A stretch of DNA of 55,611 bases, the filler included, from Sphacelaria rigidula (lineage: Eukaryota), in the NCBI GenBank assembly GCA_964200075.2. It is 4 parts of 4 records of this genome, joined end to end, with 100 filler letters (N's around TTAATTAATTAA, not from the genome) between each part and the next. Parts side by side here need not be neighbours in the genome. Positions count along the whole stretch, not along the records: positions 41,785 to 55,611 come from CAXNAA020002643.1; 3 more parts are not named here. One strand, written 5' to 3'. The notes under the pieces were generated by a model. That model searched no databases. It saw only the letters and a program-made list of their open reading frames with translations, and had not been told where the DNA came from. Of the stretch, positions 50,601 through 55,611 are shown one piece after another. A program made the translations under genes and the position numbers. How positions within the stretch are numbered: position 1 is the first letter of the stretch; each line of letters starts with the position of its first letter.

Positions 50601-52808
50601 CCCGGTATTCTAATGTAGAGTTTTCACCGGCGCACCATGCGCCCACTGTTATTGTAGTATCTCGTTCCGGTACTAAGGAGATAGGTTTTTATAGTGAGAC
50701 CCCGAGTGAAGAATAAGATATTTCATACTGTTCCCCCAGTGTTGGCTCACGCCATATTTCCGCCGAAGGCATTGTGTCCCCCCCTTCCGGTTTCTTTGTC
50801 CAGTCCGCTTTCACTACAAGCGTTATGTTTGACGCCTCAAATAGTGGTATCCAGTCTGCTCTTCCGGCAAGTGGTGTACCTTTCGTGCGATCTGTTCCGC
50901 GTATACAGCTTCTGCAACCACCGCCGATACCGCTCGCCGGAAGGGGGGGGTTGTGGAGTTAGTACCGTCGTTGACCCGCCGGCATCCCCGCAGCCGCTCA
51001 TTGACGCGGTGAAACCCGAGCCGACGCCGCCACCGTTATTTTCACAGTATATACTATCTCATCGCCGCCACGACACATCGCCGCGCCGCAACACATATAT
51101 TTCCCCATTACCGCTGCGCCGCCGTCACCATCTCTAGTCACCGCCGCGCCACAACAACCATATTTTACCACTACAACTGCAAGTCCGACGCGACTGATGC
51201 CAACATCACTCCCGTCACCACCGACACAATCGGCAACATATTTTCATGCGAGGCGTCGTTGGCGCCGGTGGAACGGAGCAGGGCGGCGGTACCGATAGCT
51301 TGGAGCAGGGTAGTGATGCCGGTGGAGTGGAGCAAGTATGAGGTGTCAATTCGATCAAGCAGAGGGGCGCGTGACCACGGAAGTGTGCAAAAGTCGGCGA
51401 TGGATTTCGGAGAATAACATACTCCGAATGTGGCCATGTCAGGTGTTTTTTTGTTGACCACTTCAGCTTAATGGTAGATTCATGTATTGGATAATATGAT
51501 TTTGAAGAAAAGGGCATTACCTTTCGGAGAGGCAGGTTACCAGGCCTCAGCTTCCAAGCATATGCTGATGCAGAGTGCGTCGCGATGACCGACGTTTTGA
51601 TGGAGTTGCTCTTTTGAAGTTGATATAGGTGTTCTATGCTCCCGAAAAGGGGGAGGTGATATGGGGTTAGGTCGACATATAATTTAGGAGATGATTTTTC
51701 TTGATGATTTTGGTTTTTTCATTGTGGAGTCTTTTGTGCATGACGGCATTTGAATTGTGAGAATTTGTTTGATTTTACGGGATGGAACCAAGATTTGTTC
51801 CGCGTGATACGACCAGGGTCAAGCCTCGACAAGAGGGGGTATTGGATTATTGCCGAGCTGAACACCAGTGCACATGCACTCTGATTGATTCGGGTACATG
51901 AGGGGGCAGATTGATGGTATATCAAAGGTACCGGATATTGTATGAGGTACCGGATATTGCGTGATGGCTGACTGAGTGTATGACACATACGAGGACACAC
52001 GGTGCAGTCATGCCTACCGGTTGCAATCCTACCGGGTTTTTTTATTGCATACTGCATACTGAATTTTGGGTGAGAGCGCAGCTCGTGTGGAGCTTGCAGG
52101 GTTGGTGCTGGGTGAGTGAAGGGTATCCAATGTATTATTGGGCTAAATGTCTCTCCGCTTGATACTGGAATCAAGTGAGCAAAATGATCCGTCGCTCGAT
52201 ACTGGAATCAAGTAAGCGTATGATCCTTATCGGGACACTAATTTACACCACACGCACGGACTAAAGAGGAGGAAACAGTCACTCTTCTCGATCGGACTGC
52301 AAACGCAGGTCGAAAGATGTTCCGTAACAAACGGTCAAGTTGTATGTATATGGATGAAATCTGATTTTAAAACCCCGTCCTCCCGAGACTACAGATAAGA
52401 CGAACTGCACCCATGCACAGCAATCAGTGCTTTTTGCAGTTTGTCGGCATCGCAAAGCACTGTGCTGTCACCTAACCTGCAACCCCGTCGCCCAACAACG
52501 GGGAGTCCGACGCACGTGCGCTGCTAGAACGCAGTAGGACGCACTGCCATGTACGCTGGTGGCTGGTGGGAAAAGCGTAGTGCGCTGCTGTCGAACGTTT
52601 AGTCATCTTACTGCCGGGTGGTTGTTCCTGCCTTGGGTTTGAAAGTGATTTGTATGTTGTGTGCTGAGCGTCGGGACGTTCCCTCCAAAGGGGGTCGCTC
52701 TCTTTCCAGATTATTTAAGGCGCAGTGTTGTTTAGCCCCCAGGGACAGTGTTGGACTTCGAACCCTACCCGGGCTGCATTAAACTTCACACCGCTGATAT
52801 ATCTCTAA

Positions 52809-53517
52809 TCTCAGTGCTTAACCCCTTCACCGCAAGGGTTTGTGATCTGGGTCTCATATTCAATGTTCAAGTCACTGAAGATGGTGCCGACTCTGCAGAA
52901 GATGGCAGATGACCCACCTGAGCGCTCAAAGGGTTGAACACAATGTACAGAATAGACATACTGTACGCCTCACAAAACAGTTTTCAAAACCAAGTCAGAG
53001 CAACAAATCTCCATCAAGTGGTGAAATGTTTCACTGCAGCAGACACTAATTTTCCGTACATGTTGTCCTGCGGATGTACCCTCACGAAGAGGTCACGAAT
53101 TACGAAGAGACAAACACCGGTGTTCGTGTACCCAGCTGTGCAGTGAAACCAAGGTGAACGGCGTCTCAGTGCTTCCAACCCCTTCACCGCAAGGGTTTGT
53201 GATCTGGGTCTCATATTCAATGTTCAAGTCACTGAAGATGGTGCAGACTCTGCAGATGACAGATGACCCACCTGAGCGCTCAAAGGGTTGAACACAATGT
53301 ACAGAATGGATATACTGTACGCCTCACAAATCGGTTTTCAAAACCAAGTCAGAGCAACAAAGCTCCATCAAGTGGTGAAATGTTTCACGCAGCAAATACT
53401 CATTTTCCGTATATATTGTCCTGCGGATGCACCCTCACGAAGAGGTCACGAATTACAAAGAAACGAACGATGATGTTCGTGTATCCAGCTGTGCAATGAA
53501 ACCAAGGTGAACGGCGT
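52809..53517 (+). repeat. Tandem duplication, 2 x ~355 bp
   Basis: Units start tctcagtgctt at 52809 and 53164; both end aaccaaggtgaacggcgt; high similarity. Confidence 0.92.
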
Positions 53518-55611
53518 GGAGCTCGCTCAAGTGGACAACATATCGCGAAGACTTCTGGATCGGGCGCTTCTGTTGAGTGCAGCTGTTCGCTGTGCGGTCC
53601 CCAGAACCTTCGCGGTGTCAACAGGTCTGAATCGGAGTTACTTTTGTGCGTGTCCCCATGCATCATGTATGATGTGTACCCAGTAACACAGAAGCAGAGG
53701 TAAAGGGTGTGGCGCGTACTACAGTGCAGAAGATATGACCACGGCGACTGAACTATGTCGTCCTGTTTGTTGCAATTGTGTGTGTTTGCTTCGGTTAATA
53801 ATTTGTGAAGGTATAACGTCGTTCACTCATCTGATGCTGTCACGCCCGGTGACATATCCAGACCTGTCTCCGACTGCGGAACAATCACCCGTGTTCCCGG
53901 AAAGCGGTAGCTGGTACACACAGACAGACACTAACTACAGTGCAGCTGGTTTTAGAGCGGGCGGCAAGAGTGACGATCTCGAAAGGAGTAATCTGATACT
54001 CGACGATACCCGCAGAAGAAGGGAGGAATGCGGCGGGGGGCACAGAGAAGATAGCATTGTACTATACTGCGCTGCGCTGCGCTGTACTGATTGTACTGTG
54101 CTGTAGGTGCACTTCGCCTTTGTCTATTTACACAGACAGCAGCCATCTCATGATGGGTCAGTTGTGTTTGTCATGGGAGAACTATTCACTTCACACATGA
54201 ATGCCCACCACAGCCCAAGAACGATTTGTGTAACTGGAGGCAAGAAGGGATGACGGTGTCGGAAAGTTGCGTGTAGTCTCATACTTGATGATAGCTATAG
54301 ACGAACGGAACGAACGCAACGGGTGGGATATAGAAGACAACACTGTACTGTAATGTAAAGTGTTCCACTGCTGTACTTTACCGTGCGTTTTCGATCGGCT
54401 TCGTCTCGACCTATACAGAGGGGCACCTTCAGGGCGGGTCATCTGTATTGCATTGTCACAGTTTTGACGTGAAAATTAATGATGAACAGACCGTGCCGGC
54501 GATGCAATGCAGCAGGGACCTGCGCGTGTCATGGATGCAGATGACCTTCTGCGCTTATTTTCTCAATCGACCGGAAGGCCCATTCGCTTCTTCGCCGATC
54601 GACTGGACGTAGCATTCCCATCTCATTAGCCTGTCTAACAGTACAACAGTACAACAGTGCAGTACCAAGGTGGTGAAACATGCAGGGTATGGTAGTGTTT
54701 ACAAAGTACGACATAACTAACAAACGGAAGAGCACAATATAGACCACTAGATGTTTTCTGTTCCGGGTGTCCGTCACACTCTCCCTTCCTTGAGTGCCAC
54801 GTCCGGCTGGTGGGTGCACACGTGGACGCTCTTTTCAAATCATGATTCTTGATTCATCGGAGGCATTTCTTTCGATCGAAAAAAGGGGGTGATGAAATTT
54901 TGATTTCAGCGAACTCCGTTAGAATACTGTTTCTAGAGCTGGGTCCAGGCGAATTTTGAGGTTTTCGATCGACAGAGGCAAGTGAAATTCGTAAAGCGGT
55001 ACTTCGTTTCTTGTGAACAGTACAGTCCGTACTGTCTGCACTGTTAGCATGCAGGGTGTGTGGAAGTGTCTGTGCGTGTTTCGTACAGTAGGATGTGAAC
55101 GAAAAGCAGGCAACGTGCAGTACAGACAGCGCGAGACCATATGTTCTTTCTGCTGGAATGACCATGAGACGTGAAGAGGACTCGGACAACGAGCAGTTGT
55201 TCACATTTTTGAAAACATCGTACAGTAGTACCACGTATAAAGAATATGAAGTGGTACGCTTTTATGCTGAGACCCGCAACACATGGCAACACGAAACACG
55301 ATAATGGAAATTTGAACCCTTGCACCCTTGAAGCCTGAAGCCTGTCGGTCTGTCTGGTGACGAGTCACGACACATGGAGCATTTGCGGGCAGCTATTAGA
55401 GTCACTGCACGAGGCGAATAAAAAATTATCGCAACGTTATGCGCGTTTCAAGCATATCAAGCCTTTCACAACGTTGAAAAGAGAAGAGCTTACTTGAGCC
55501 AGGGGATAGCGCGGAATTTGTTTCGGACATGTAGCCCCCCCCAATGCGGGAGGTGAACAAAGGTGGCATGAAATCTTTTGATGCATTAGATAGTAGGGAG
55601 AAAACGATGGC

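Noticed and set aside
51200-52200. Possible TE-derived ORF remnants on the minus strand
   Set aside because: Too degraded to assign; no diagnostic motif.

Overview
Eukaryotic, intron-rich, repeat-dense DNA, most consistent with a brown alga or other stramenopile (inferred from gene and repeat style). The window is four unrelated ~13.8 kb contigs (1-13829, 13930-27757, 27858-41684, 41785-55611) joined by N44-TTAATTAATTAA-N44 spacers, so adjacency across spacers has no meaning. Contig 1: eight 3' exons of a U2AF large-subunit gene (minus strand), including a GC-AG intron, with MITE-filled introns. Contig 2: three exons of a plus-strand gene of unknown function. Its 9.2 kb intron holds a 4.5 kb Tc1/mariner-type non-autonomous element that encloses a ~2.1 kb intronless, CpG-poor, decayed coding block, a candidate endogenous RNA-virus-like sequence and the most unusual item here. 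Contig 3: the first CNOT10 exon, a 5'-truncated RTE LINE, hAT transposase remnants, two long palindromes, and a trimeric hAT MITE with an 8-bp TSD. Contig 4: Ty3/gypsy remnants (one lacking the RT core), a LINE fragment with a tandemly amplified coding segment, and a 355-bp tandem duplication. No rRNA, tRNA or CRISPR arrays were seen.
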